Source: the human T2T-CHM13v2.0 reference genome, Homo sapiens
Assembly (NCBI RefSeq): GCF_009914755.1
Contig: NC_060925.1
Reading direction: 5' to 3' (one strand)
DNA: 64,000 bases
Below the pieces are notes generated by a model, which was not told the origin of the DNA, made no database searches, and saw only the letters and a program-made list of their open reading frames with translations. Below, in pieces: positions 1-13,098 of the stretch (the first letter of the stretch is position 1; the number at the start of each line of letters is the position of its first letter). The position numbers and the translations under genes are program-made.

Positions 1-856
1 AAAAAATACCTGCTATCAGGGTCATTTAGCCATGACCAAATTATCATCCTTTCTTGTTAGCAATATTTCTCAATTTTATCTTCAGTTCTTTAAATAGGAG
101 CAGAAACTTCTTGAAATTTATATCTACAGAGTAATAATTAAAGTGAAAGCAATGTTGCAAAGGCTGAAGTGTAATGTGTTCATCTGTGCCTGCCCCACCA
201 CCCCCCCCGCAAATATGAAGAAGCCTTTATCTGCAGCCTGAAAAAACAATAAGAAAAAAAAAAATAGACAACGCAATCTATGTTTTCCAGAGACTGGTAA
301 CAATGTATTAAGAAAAATATTCAGAAATGAGCAGGAGACAAGTTTTGAGGATTTTTTTAAAATTTTTTTTTTCTAGAGTAGAATCAAAGAAGACAAGCTG
401 ACACTTAATAGGCTATCCTGAGAATTAAATTATCTATTGGCTGTGAAGCCCTTAAAAAGCATTGTGTGATTTACTTATGTAAGGTGCTATAGTTAAGCCT
501 GAGAGGAAACGGAGAGTGTTGGATGGCCCCAAGTAAAGGTACTCTAAAGTCTGATTATGAAATTCAAAAATTTTATTTATAGAGTAGGTATTCACAACAT
601 TCAATAATCAATGAATTAATGTAGTTACAGGTCATCTTTCATTATGGTTTAGAAATAGTTTCTTAAAAAGAAAATCAGGCACCTTCTGATTTGATAAAAC
701 TTTGATGCAAGTTGGAACATGATGTAATGTTTTAATACTGGGATCCTTAGGTAACTTGCTAATAGAAAATATTGGGAGTAAGAGGATAAAAAATTATCTA
801 GGCCATTCAAGGGGTGAGAAAACTGGGAACTGTTTTTTTTTTTCTGTGTGTGTGTG

Positions 857-1041
857 TGCCTCCTGAGTGGCTGGTACTACAGGTGCGTGCCACCATGCCC
901 AGCTAATTTTTGTATTTTCTTTTGGTAGAGATGGGATTTCACTATGTTGGCCAGGCTGGTCTCGAACTCTTAACCTTAAGCAATCCGCCCACCTCGGCCT
1001 CCCAAAGCGCTGGGATTTCAGGTGTGATCCTGCACCTGGCC
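857..1041 (-). mobile_element. Partial Alu (left arm plus part of right arm)
   Basis: Reverse-complement Alu motifs: ccaccatgcccagctaatttttgtatt, cctcggcctcccaaag, cctggcc. Confidence 0.9.
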
Positions 1042-1164
1042 CAGAGAATGGTTAATGATCAATCGTCTTTCCTTCACTTCATGTATTCCTGGTGATGCCA
1101 TCAGTCATAATAGCCTGCCCCCACCCTTCTCTCCATGAGATTGATCTCATGAAATAAGCAAGGC

Positions 1165-1479
1165 TATCAGACTCTGGTCACTTGAATGTTAAGAATAAAA
1201 CTGTCTCTGAGTTTCTGCTGCTAAATCAGTTCGCTGGTTTTGAACTTCTCAGAGTCTGATAACTCAGCTATTCCTTTAATTTTGTCAACTATATAATACA
1301 GTATATACTATACAACTACAGTATCAGACTCTGGTTATTTGAATGTTAAGAATAAAACTGTCTCTGAGTTTCTGCTGCTAAATCAGTTCCCCAGTTTTGA
1401 ACTTCTCAGAGTCTGATAACTCAGTTATTCTTTTAATTTTGCCAACTATATAATACAGTACATACTATACAACTACAGT
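1165..1479. repeat. Tandem duplication, 2 x 157 bp
   Basis: Unit starts tatcagactctgg at 1165 and 1322 and ends aactacagt at 1322 and 1479, with few mismatches. Confidence 0.95.
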
Positions 1480-1734
1480 GCATTCTTTTTGAGTCTCCTT
1501 GAGTTTGCCAAAGTTGATTTCTGATATTTAAAATCAGAGGTGACTACTGCTAATAACATTGCCACTTGCAGAAATGTGTTCTGGTGGGTAGGTATTTCAT
1601 AAGAGTCTTAAACTCTCTTTATTTAGATTTCTTGTATGTACTCCAAGCAACCTTCTGATTACTATTTTAGTTTCCTTATTTCTTGACCATTGGAGGCAGC
1701 TCTTCAGAACACCATCATTTTTTTTTCATTTTTA

Positions 1735-2458
1735 TATCAATTAGTTCTTGCTGCACAACAAACTGCTCCAAAACTTGAAACTTAATGGCTTAAAACAATT
1801 ACTCTCACTTGCATGCTTAGGGAACTGCTGAGGGTCCTCTGATCCAAGCCAGGCAAAGTTGGACTTGTCCTCAGGCTACAGTGTTGTGCCTAGTTCTTCT
1901 CCATACACCTTCTATCCTTGGCCAGCAGGCTATCCATGCTATGTTCTTCTCAGGGAGCAGGGCAAGATAGCAACACCCACTGTGCAAACATACTTCAAGT
2001 CTTTCCTATAATAATACCCTTCTACTGACATCACATTAGCCAAAAGGTCACATGATCAAAGCCATGCCGGGAAGCTATCTTAGGAAGTTCTTTTTACCTA
2101 TGGTAGAAAGAAGAAGAGAGTGAATATTTGCTGTAAGGTATTCTAAATTATCACATTCCACCTTTCATGCATATTTTAATATCTTTTCCACATATAAATA
2201 TGGGTCCCCCACGAGCATCCCCAAGAGTCTCATTCAATCCCAGCCTCAAGATCAAAGTCCAGAATCACGTTCTGGTCTACATCACATTCAGATGAGGCTC
2301 ATATTCTATAGACCTAAAAGCTTTCAAGACAATCTGCCCTCCACACACTGATTATACAATGGGATGGGGACAGAATAACTGTGATATATACTCCTATTTT
2401 GAAAGGGAAAGCGTGGAAGACCCCTCATAGTCACTGGTCCAGAGCAATTCTGAAATCA
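1735..2458 (-). mobile_element. Old MLT1-type MaLR LTR plus adjacent internal fragment
   Basis: Starts ttgctgcacaacaaactgctccaaaac...aatggcttaaaacaa, ends near attctaaattatcaca (~2155), followed by MaLR-internal-like sequence. Subfamily uncertain. Confidence 0.55.
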
Positions 2459-5400
2459 TGCATTCCTACTTAAATTATACAAACAGAAAAGTTCTAGGTC
2501 AAATGGACAAAAGACAAATTTGATTTATAAAAACAGAGAATCATGGTCCCCCAATCAACTTCTAGACTTAAGCCAGTTTAAAGACCCAGAATCCCTTGAA
2601 TGAAGGGGAGGTTGGGTCCCACTGAGGAAGGACTCCACTTCATTACCGACAATTTATGCAGTGAATCTCTCTCGCACCCTTCCCCAAGGAGACCTCCGGG
2701 TTTTTACCAGGGTAACTGTGCAGTGGGGAAAGGGAAATGATCAGACATTTCAGGGACTACTGGACACTGATTCTGAGCTGATGTTGATTCCAGGGTACCT
2801 AAAATGTCATTGTTGTTCTCCAGTTAAAGTAGGGACTTAGGGAGGTCAGGTAATTAATGGAGTTTTAGCTCAGATCTGACTAACAGTGGGTCCAGTGGGT
2901 CCCTGGACTCATCCTGTCATCATTTTCTCAGTGCCAGAATGCATAATTGGCATAGACACACTTAGCAGCTGGTAGAACCCCCACATTGGCTCCCTGACTG
3001 GTAGGGTGAGGGCTTTTATGGTGGGAAAGGACAAATGGAAGCCATTAGAGCTGCCTCTACCCCAATTTACTATTTCTAGAAAATTTTCCAGAAAAATTTT
3101 CTACTATTTTCTAGAAAAAGAGTAAATCAGAAACAATATTGCATCCCTGCAGAGATTGTGGATATTAGTGCCACCAACAAGGACTTGAAAGATGCAGGGG
3201 TGGTGAAACCCACCACATCCCCATTCAACTCTCCCATTTGGCCTGTACAGAAGATGGATCTTGGAGAATGACAGTGGATTATCATGAGCTTAACCAAGTG
3301 GAGACTCCAATTGCAGCTGCTATACAAGATGTGGTTTCATTGTTTGAGCAAACTAACACAACTCCTGGTACCTGATATGCAGCCATTGACTTGGCAAATG
3401 CCTTTTTCTCCATTCCTGTCCATAAGGCCCACCAGAAGAAATTTGCCTTCAGCTGGCAAGGCCAGCAACATGCCCTTGCTCTCCTACCTCAGGGTGTATC
3501 AACTCTGGCTTTGTGTCATCTTATTCGGAGAGACCTTGATCACTTTTTGCTTCCACAAGATATCACACTGGTCCACTACATTGATGATATTATGCTAATT
3601 GGATCCAGTGAGCAAGAAGTAGCAAATACACTGGATTTATCAGTGGGACATTTGCATGCCAGAGGATGGGAAATTCAGGGACCTTCTACCTCAGTAAAAT
3701 TTCTTGGGGTCTAGTGGTGTAGGGCTTGTCCTTCTAAGGTGAAGGAAAAGTTGCTGCATTTGGCCACTCCTACAACCAAGAAGGTGGTACAAGGCCTAGT
3801 GGGCCTATTTGGATTTTGGAGACAACACAGTCCTCACTTGGGTGTGTTACTCTGGCCCATTTATCAAGTGACCCAAAAGGCTGCCAGTTTTGAGTGGGGT
3901 CCAGAACAAGAGAAAGCTCTGCAACAGGTCCAGGCTGCTGTGCAAGCTGCTCTGATACCTGGGCCATATGACCCAGCAGATCCAGTGATCTTTGAGGTGT
4001 CAGTGGCAGATAAGGATGCTGTTTGGAGACTTTGGCAGGCCTCCATAGGTGAATCACAGCAGAGGGCTCTAGGATTTTGGAGCAAGGCCCTCCGATCTTC
4101 TGCAAATAACTACTCTCCTTTTGAGAGACAGCTCTTGGCCTGTTACTGGGCTTTGGTGGAAACCGAACATTTGACTATGGGTCATCAAGTCACCATGTGA
4201 CCTGAACTGCCTATCATGAACTGGGTGCTTTCTGGCCCATCTAGCCATAAAGTGGGTTGTGCATATCAGTATTCCATCATCAAATGGAAGTGGTATACGT
4301 GATCAGGCTCGAGCAGGTCCTGAAGGAACAAGTAACTTACGTGAGGAAGTGGCTCAAATGCCCATGGTCTCCACTCCTTCCTTCTCTCCCCCAGCCTGCA
4401 CCGATGGCCTCATGGAGAGTTCCCCATGATCAGTTGACAGAGGAAGAGAAGACTAGGGCCTGGCTCACAGATGGTTCTGCATGATATGCAGGCACCACCC
4501 AAAAGTAGACAGCTGTAGTGCTACAGCCCCTTTCTAGGACATCCCTGAAGGACAGTGGTGAAGGGAAATCTCCCCAGTGGGCAGAACTTTGAGTAATGCA
4601 CCTGGTTGTGTCCTTTGCATGGAAGGAGAAATGGCCAGGTATGCGATTATGTATGGATTCATGGGCTCTGGCCAATGGTTTGGCTGGATGGTCAGGGACT
4701 TGGAAGAAGCATGATTGGAAAATTGGTGACAAAGAAATATGGGGAAGAGGTGTGTGGATGGACCTCTCTGAGTGGTCAAAAACTGTAAAGATATTTGTAT
4801 CCCATGTGAGTGCTCACCAATGGGTGATCTCAGCAGAGGCGGATTTTAATAATCAAGTGTATACGATGACCTGTTCTGTGGACACCACTCAGCCACCTTC
4901 CCCAGCCACCCCTGTCATCTCCCAGTGGGCCCATGAACAAAGTGGCCACGGTGGCAGGAATGGAGGTTATGCAGGGGCTCGGCACATGGACTTCTACTCA
5001 CAAAGGCTGACCTGGCTACAGTCACTGCTGAGTGCCCAATTTGCCAGCAGCAAAGACCAACACTGAGCCCTTGATATGGCACCATTCCTCGGGGTGATCA
5101 GCCTGCTACCTGGTGGCAGGTTGATTATATTGGACCTCTTCCATCATGGAAAGGGCAGAAAGTTGTCCTCACTGGAATAGACACTTACTCCAGATATGGG
5201 TTTGCCCATCCTGCATGCAACGCTTCTGTCAAGACTACCATCTGCAGACTCATAGAATGCTTTATCCACCACCATGGTATTCCACACAGCATTGCCTCTG
5301 ACCAAGGCACTCACTTTACGGCTAAAGGAGTGGAACGGTCAGCTCAGGCTCATTGAATTCACTGGTCTTACCATGTTCCCCATTATCCTGAAGCAGCTGA

Positions 5401-6457
5401 ATTGATGGAATGATCTTTTGAAGTCATAATTACAATGCCAACTAGGTGACAGTACTTTGCAGGGCTGGAGCAAAGTTCTCCACAAGGCTGTGTATTCTCT
5501 GAATCAGCATCCAATATATGGTATTGTTTCTCCCATAGCCAGGATTCACGGGTCCAGGAATCAAGGGGCGGAATTGGAAGTGGCACCACTCACCATCACC
5601 CCTAGTGATCCACTAGCAAAATTTTTGCTTCCTGTTCCTGCGACATTGTGTTCTGCTGGCCTAGAGGTCTTAGTTCCAGAGCAAGGAACACTGCTATCAG
5701 GAGACACAAGAATGATTCCATTAAACTGGAAGTTAAGATTGCCACCTGGACACTTTGGGCTCCTCCTACCTTTAAATCAGCAGGCTAAGAAGGGAGTTAG
5801 AGTGTTAGCTGGGGTGACTGACCTGGGCTATCAAAATGAAATCAGTCTACTACTCCACAATGGAGGTAAGGAAGAGTATGCATGGAATACAGGAGATCCA
5901 TTAGGACATCTCTTAATATTACCATGCCCTGTGATTAAGATCAATAATGGGAAACTCCAACAGCCCAATCCAGGCAGGATTACAAATGGTCCAGACCCTT
6001 CAGGAACTAAGGTTTGAGCCAGGACAAAAATCACGACCTGCTGAGGTGCTTGCTGAAGACAAAGGGAATACAGAATGGGTAGTAGAAGAAGGTAGTCATC
6101 AATACTAGCTACGACCACGTGACCAGCTGCAGAAATGAGGACCGTAACTGTCACGAGTATTTCCTCCTTCTTTTGTTAAAAGCATGTTTGTGGATGTATG
6201 CACTTGTACTAGAAAATATCTTCATTTTATTTCCTTTCCCTTTATCATGTGACATAAGATTTATTGACTTCATATCAGCATTTAAGTATTGTTAACTTTA
6301 TGTAGTAGGATTTGGGTTGGGGATCGGTGCATTTCCAGTTGTACGAAGGATAGTTGTATTATGTTAGGCATAATTATGACCTCATTGTTGTCTTTATTTG
6401 AAGATTATGTATGATCTCAGAAGATGTGTATGGGTTCAGGTTCACAAGGGGTTAACT
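2459..6457 (+). mobile_element. HERV-L internal region, 5'-truncated (gag end, pro, pol, dUTPase, no env)
   Basis: Protease GLLDTDSEL (DTD at 2763-2771), RT LPQG and YIDD (3577-3588), RNase H-like AWLTDGSA and MDSWALANG, integrase WQVDYIGPLP (~5111-5143), dUTPase at 3' end, purine tract before the LTR. Confidence 0.95.
2745..6017 (+). pseudogene. Disrupted HERV-L pro-pol-dUTPase reading frame
   Basis: Fragment ORFs 3391-3714, 3739-4200, 4596-5066, 5457-6017 separated by stops (e.g. 3712, 4198, 4482) and frameshifts. The last fragment has dUTPase-like PLNWKLRLPPGHFGLLLP and AGVTDLGYQNEI. Confidence 0.92.
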
Positions 6458-6907
6458 CGTGATGGTTAACACTGAGTGTCAACTTGATTGGATTGAAGGA
6501 TATGACATATTAATTCTGTGTTGCCAAAGGAGATTAACATTTGAGTCAGTGGGCTGGGGAAGGCAGATCTACCCTTAATTTGGTGGGCACAATCTAATCA
6601 GCTTACAGATACAAAGCAGGCAGAAAAAATGTGAAAAGGAGAGACTGACCTAGGCTCCCAGCCTACATCTTTCTCCCGTGCTGGATGCTTCCTGCCCTCA
6701 AACACCGGACTGTAAGTTTTTCAGTTTTGGGACTTGGACTGGCTCTCCTTGCTCCTCAGCTTGCAGACAGCCTATTGTGGGACCTTTGTGATCATGGAAG
6801 CTAATATTTAATAAACTCCCATGTATATATATTATATATATATATAATAGGATGTATATATAATATATATCCTATTAGTTCTGTCCCTCTAAGAGAACCC
6901 TAATACA
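6458..6907 (+). mobile_element. MLT2A LTR (3' LTR of the HERV-L; probably MLT2A2)
   Basis: Begins cgtgatggttaacactgagtgtcaacttgattggattgaagga, has AATAAA and a TA-rich tract, ends agagaaccctaataca. Confidence 0.92.
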
Positions 6908-7009
6908 GAGCCTCCATCTCTTCTTCAATTGAGTAAGCAAAATGGTACGTACTTTACAGTGTTTCTGTGAAGATTGAATAAAATTATGCACTAACAAGTG
7001 CCTAACATA

Positions 7010-7565
7010 GGACAGTGGATTTGCTCTGCCAACAAGGTTCTGAGCCCCTTATAAGCTGCCTTCCAGTCCTGCTAGCCTGGGAAACCAAAGAATTATATTC
7101 CTCATAACCCACTGCAGCAAACTTTCTGAATGTGAGTTGAACTTCACCAATTAGATATGATTGTGTGAATCTTTAATATAGAAGGGAGATAAATAGAAAG
7201 AGAGCCAGGATATGACATAGTTATTTTGCTGGTGAGGATCATGGCAATTGTGGTAAAATTCTGGATCTGGCACCTGTAGTGGTGACTTCTCTGATTCAGC
7301 AGGTTTGTGTTCATGGCCGAGGTGTTGACAGGATCCATGGCAACTACTTTCTTGATTCTGCTATTCCTTGAAAGTGGAAGGAGCAGCAGCTCCCTGGCAG
7401 GCCAGTTCTTTGGTGTGCTGTTAAAGTCATTTCTGGAAGCTCAATACAAGTCTGTTTCTTCAGCCTTGCCAATAATTCTGTGAATGGTCTGTAACTGTTA
7501 ATAGATCAATTTTTGCTTAAACTAGCTATAGAAGATTTGGTTTTTACAATTAGGAACCATGATGA
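7010..7565 (+). mobile_element. Old ERVL-class solo LTR (LTR33/LTR16-like)
   Basis: ctgggaaaccaaagaattatattcc and terminal ttgcttaaactagctatag...aattaggaacc resemble this class; highly diverged. Confidence 0.45.
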
Positions 7566-7835
7566 ATATTGTAAGCAATAAGCTTATGAGTTATGTCTGA
7601 AGATATGTCTCATGGAAGGCATCCTTTTAGGGAATAAATTTTGGTATAGTGGGAAAATCATGGCTTTGGGGGACATCATATGTTCAGATCCAGATGCCTT
7701 ATGAGTCATGGAACCCCAGGCAAATTATTACACTTGTCTGAAATTCGGGCTCCTCGTCTGTAAAATGTTGTTAGTAATATAAATATAAATGATTTATTAT
7801 TAAAACATCTATTAACTATTTACTAAATATCAACT

Positions 7836-8238
7836 CTTTTTTAACTTTTAGGTTCAGGGGTACATATGCAGATTTGTTATATAGGTAAATTGCATATCCT
7901 GGGGTTTGGTGTATGGATTATTTCATTACCCAGGTAATAAGCATAGTATGTGAGTTTTGCAATCCTCACCCTTCTCCCACCCTCTACCCTCAAGTAGGTC
8001 CTCATGTCTGTTGTTCCCTTCTTTGTTTCCTTATGTACTCAATGTTCAGCTTCTACTTATAAGTGAGAATATGCAGTTTTTGGTTTTCTGTTTCTATGTT
8101 AGTTTGCTTAGGATAATGGCCTCCGGCTCCGTCCAGGTCACTGCAAAGGATGTGATCTCACTATCTTTTATAGCTGCAAAATATTCCATGGTATATATGC
8201 ACCACATTTTTTTAATCCAGTTTACCGTTGATGGGAAC
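7836..8238 (-). mobile_element. 5'-truncated L1 3' end (L1PA/L1PB-type)
   Basis: ttttaggttcagggggtacatatgcagatttgtt L1 3' UTR; TSD-like aaat(a/g)tcaactcttt on both sides. Confidence 0.85.
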
Positions 8239-8700
8239 TAAATGTCAACTCTTTAAAAAAACTTTATTTGAACCCAATAGACTAATGCCTGACCTCATAG
8301 AGCTCAAACTCCAGTGGGAAGATAAAGACAATTAAATATAGAAATAAGGATACATACTATGTCAATGAGTACTTTGAGAAGAAAAATAAACTAGAGGAAG
8401 AGATTGGAGTACAATGTGGGGTAGGTGGATCCTGTTTTATGCAGTGTGGGAAGGCTACTTTGAGTTGAGACCTGAAGGATGTCAGAGCAAAAGAGACGTG
8501 GATATCTGAAGTAAAAGAGTACTAGGCAGATGGCAAGCATGCTTTGCACATTTAAGGACCAGCTGGAAGGCCAGTAAGTGATGGAAAGAATGGTTGGCAA
8601 TGAGGCCAGAGTGTTAGCAGGTTAGAATCATGAACCAGATCATGGTTCTCAAAACACTGAAAGGCCTTTGTATTTCATGGGGATTGAGAATAAGATATAA

Positions 8701-8785
8701 GGTTGGGCACAATGGCTCATGCCTGTAATCTCAGCTTTTTGGGAGGCCAAGGTGAGAGGATCACTTGAGGCCAGGAGTTCAAAAG
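8701..8785 (+). mobile_element. 3'-truncated Alu (first ~83 nt)
   Basis: ggttgggcacaatggctcatgcctgtaatc...ccaggagttcaa flanked by taagatataa at 8691-8700 and 8786-8795. Confidence 0.85.
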
Positions 8786-9624
8786 TAAGATATAAAATGT
8801 CCACCTCCTAGCCTAGCACAGCAGAGTTCCTTTTCTTTCCTCCACAAAGTTAGTTTAATACGATGATATAAATGGGACTCCTAGGCACCATTGCAGTTGT
8901 TTTTTTTTTCTGTGCATTCTTCTCCTCTCTCCAGAAAATTTTAAAAATCTTACTCATCTTCAGAGGCTACCAATTTATTTTTCTTAGAACAGACCAGTTT
9001 TTAATAACCCAGTGAATATGAGGTATGTAAAGGGAAAGAAAAGTAGATAAGGTAAAAAATGTAAGAAATTAAAGAAAAATATTGATGTCATCCTCTGGAC
9101 CGAAATCCTGACACTTCACAAGAGAACAGCTTTGACAAATATTTGTAGCATGTGAGAAAAGTAATTTATCAGCTGTTCTGCTAAAGTCAACAGACTTCTC
9201 TGCATTGCATCTTTGACACAGAGCAGAACCAGCGGTCTCCTGGCCTTGCCTCTCCTGTCAGACCTTTACGTGAAGCCCTTCTTTTGTCTGTGATGTTTCT
9301 TCTCTCTGGATGGACCTTGTTTCTTTTTGCCTGACAAAATCTTTTTGATTTTTTTTAAACAATAATTAAGACCTACCTTCAGTGCCTCCTTCTCTGTAAA
9401 GCCTTCTTTGATTCCCCAGGGTAGAGTTGGTCAACTCTGCTCTCTGTTCTCAGAGCATTTTCTTATCTTTATTGTTATACTTAGTCTTTCCTGTCTCTCC
9501 CACTAGGCTGTCAGCTCCTCGAGACATGATTATGTCTCATTTATATTGTTTCTTCATCATCTTTTCATTATTATCATTCATATTTATTTTAAGTGCTGGC
9601 AAAAATGTTTGTTGACAGATGATG

Positions 9625-9714
9625 GAAAAGAAGAAAAGGAAGGGAGGAAGGAAGAAATGAAGGAAGGAAGGGAGGGAGGAAGGAAAGAAGGAAGGAAGGG
9701 AGGAAGGAAGGAAA
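9625..9714 (+). repeat. Purine-rich (GGAA/GGGA)n microsatellite
   Basis: Direct reading of sequence. Confidence 0.9.
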
Positions 9715-11575
9715 GTTGGTTATTTATATTCTTTGTTGCATGACTTTCAAACACTTTTTGAAAGAGACAGAATATTTTAAACATTCAAGGAAACATAAGA
9801 CCCTTAGAAAACTATAAACATATGTGGGCATTTGGTGATGATGACAACCAAGGATTTTTGCTGGAGATAGACAATTTTAGAGAGAACACATTTTCTATAA
9901 GAAATACTTGTTTTGAAAAACCTTAACATTCCTAATTCACTCTGCCTGAAGTTATGCTAAATTTCTTCCTGTTCCCTAAAAAGAAAAAAAAAGATTTGCA
10001 TATTTTCTTTAAGATGAGCAAAAATTTCTTAATTATCTTTATTCAAACAAAACATTGATCTGAGGAATCTGACTTGCCTAATAAAACATTGAGTCCTGAT
10101 TTATGTCATCACTTGGTATTCTGGCAGATGTAATAAAGACAATTTCCACTGAAGGACAGTTTTCTTTTTTCAAGTTGTTTTGTCTGTTCTGAGCTTTATT
10201 TCAACAAAACTGAATCAAAGATCTGAAAAGAGCCAGAACATTGTTGATAATAATAAAGCTTATATTTATATAAGTCTTTTTTCTGGAAGGTTAGTGGATC
10301 AGATCATATTATCCAACCATTTTTTAAAAAAAGGAAACAGAGATTCAGAAATTACATTATTAGTCTAACTTGTATAATTCTATACTGGAACAGTGAATTT
10401 AAGCATTTATGAAGTGTTACTTTGCACCTAACATTTTCACTTACTTTTAATTGTTAGTTTTGTAGTTACACTCTCTTTATTTTAAAACTACATTATTCTT
10501 AACAACACATTTTATTGATTTATGGATATTAGGCAGGGTTTAAGCTGGCAAGAGGAGAGTCCTGGTAATAATTAGATTTGCTGTCTATACTTAAGAGAAA
10601 AGATGGTATAAGAGTGAAAAAAAAAAGGTAGGTATGGTCAGATCACTCAAATTTTTGAAAATGTAAATGATTAAAAAAAGATGAGAAGTTCCAAAACATG
10701 AGTGCCAAAAAGGTGAAAGTTCAGTAGTATAAGACACATGACAAAGTTTTCTAGGAAATAATAACTAAGTTCTAAAAGAGTGCATACAGTGGCATTTATT
10801 TTAGGGAATGCAACATCATTTTAGCAAGCTTAACCGCTGCCTAACACCTAGAAATCAATAAGATACTGTTACAAAAACAATGGCTATATTTTCTATCTCC
10901 ACATCTGGCTTGCTGCCATTCATAGCCTAGTGTGAATGTTGATCAACCATTTTTCATAGCTTCAGCCTCTACAAAGTGCTAAACAGAGAGGATTAAATTT
11001 TTCTCTCCAAAATAGTTATAATCCCCACTAACATAATTAATGGATTATGAAATTTTTGTGGAGAATCAACCTGCCATTTGAGCCAAGAATTACAAAAGCA
11101 GAGATGAAATCGGCAGAGAAGTGTCATTTAGCCAGAAGCAACAGAGTTAGTAATTTCTCACTTTGGCTTGATAGCAATCCCACTGCAGAGAAAAAAATGC
11201 TACCCTTGAGTTAAGAAAGAACTTGGTGATTAAAGTCATCAGAATCTTTAAATAATAAGATGAACTGGAGTTAATTTAAGCCCTTATTATGTAGCTAGAA
11301 AAGTAATAAGCACTTTGGCAAGTATGTATCTTGTTTAATTATTGCTGCTTTAATGATGTCATTATTATCTCCACTTTAGAAAAGTTAAAATTGAGGCTCA
11401 GAAAGACTGAATAACTTGACTGAGGTCACAGGCAAGAGTGCAAGCATGGACATAGTCAGATTTATGACCTACGCTTGAGCAGAGAAGATTATATGGACTC
11501 CAAAAGAAAATTTGGTGTGATTTTCTGTCCCAAATTTTTTTTAAATAGAAAAATGACTCAAAAGAGAAGGGATAT

Positions 11576-12042
<467 letters not shown>

Positions 12043-12076
12043 TCAAAGAAGGCTGGTCAATAATCTGAGTCAGTTC

Positions 12077-12431
12077 TTTTTCTTAAAAAATTTCAACTTT
12101 TATTTAGACTTGGGGATCCATGTGCAGGTTTGTTATATGGGTATACTGTGTGACCCTCGTTCCTTTCTCCCACAACTAGTAGTCCTCAATGTCTATTGTT
12201 CTCAACTTTATGCCCACGTATACTCAACGTTTAGCTCCCACTTACGGGTGAGAACATGCGATATTTGGTTTTCTGTTTCTGTGTTAGTTCGCTTAGGGTA
12301 ATAGCCTCCACCTGTGTGTTGCTACAAAGAACATAATTTTATACTTTTTATGGTTGTATAGTATTCCATGGTGTATATGTACCACATTTTTTTCATCCAG
12401 TTCACCATTGACAGGCACCTAGGTTGATTCC
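12077..12431 (-). mobile_element. 5'-truncated L1 3' end
   Basis: L1 3' UTR motifs; 14-bp TSD atctgagtcagttc at 12063-12076 and 12432-12445. Confidence 0.88.
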
Positions 12432-13098
12432 ATCTGAGTCAGTTCAATTCAAAAAAGGTGACTCATAATGATAGAATTCACCTGAAGCTTACACTCTTCA
12501 TAAACAGAATGCCAACTAATATAGGAAAATGCTCGTTAGAACAAGGTATTTATGTTCACTGGATTGGAGCATTATCCTCCCATAGACAAGGAAAAAATCA
12601 AAATATCATGAAACTCAGCAGCTCAAATCATCTGTTATCTCCATCTCCACCTTTTTATGTGTGCTAATGGGCTTACAGTTTACAGTCAGTTCTGCCTCAT
12701 GGTTCATTCTTTCACTGGTTACCTACTTAAAATTCCTGTAGCTCTTTCTTTTTCCATGATCAAGCTAGGCAGAATAGGACACAATCTCTTATTCTTGGAT
12801 TCCCCTCTACCATCATACACACATATAACAAGGCTAAAAGGCAAATATATGTGCATAAGACTTTACAGAAGGCATTGGGAGGCAGATAGGGTTTTCAGTA
12901 CAAGAAAACATAAAACTTGTAATTCTAAATTAGCTATCCCTGTTCTTAAAAGTACTTTGGCCACTCTGCTAAGATACCCGATAACATTTTGTCCTCTACT
13001 CCCCTCTCTTCCCTGATTTCCCCAGTATCCAGATTTTAGTTCTTTGTTTTGTTGATGCTACTTTTTTATGAATTTTAAATTATACACAAGTGACACTT

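Noticed and set aside
1165-1479. Repeat array as CRISPR-like structure
   Set aside because: Two contiguous copies without spacers in eukaryotic DNA; a simple duplication.
9625-9714. GGAA repeat as an ETS-fusion enhancer
   Set aside because: Too interrupted; few consecutive GGAA units.
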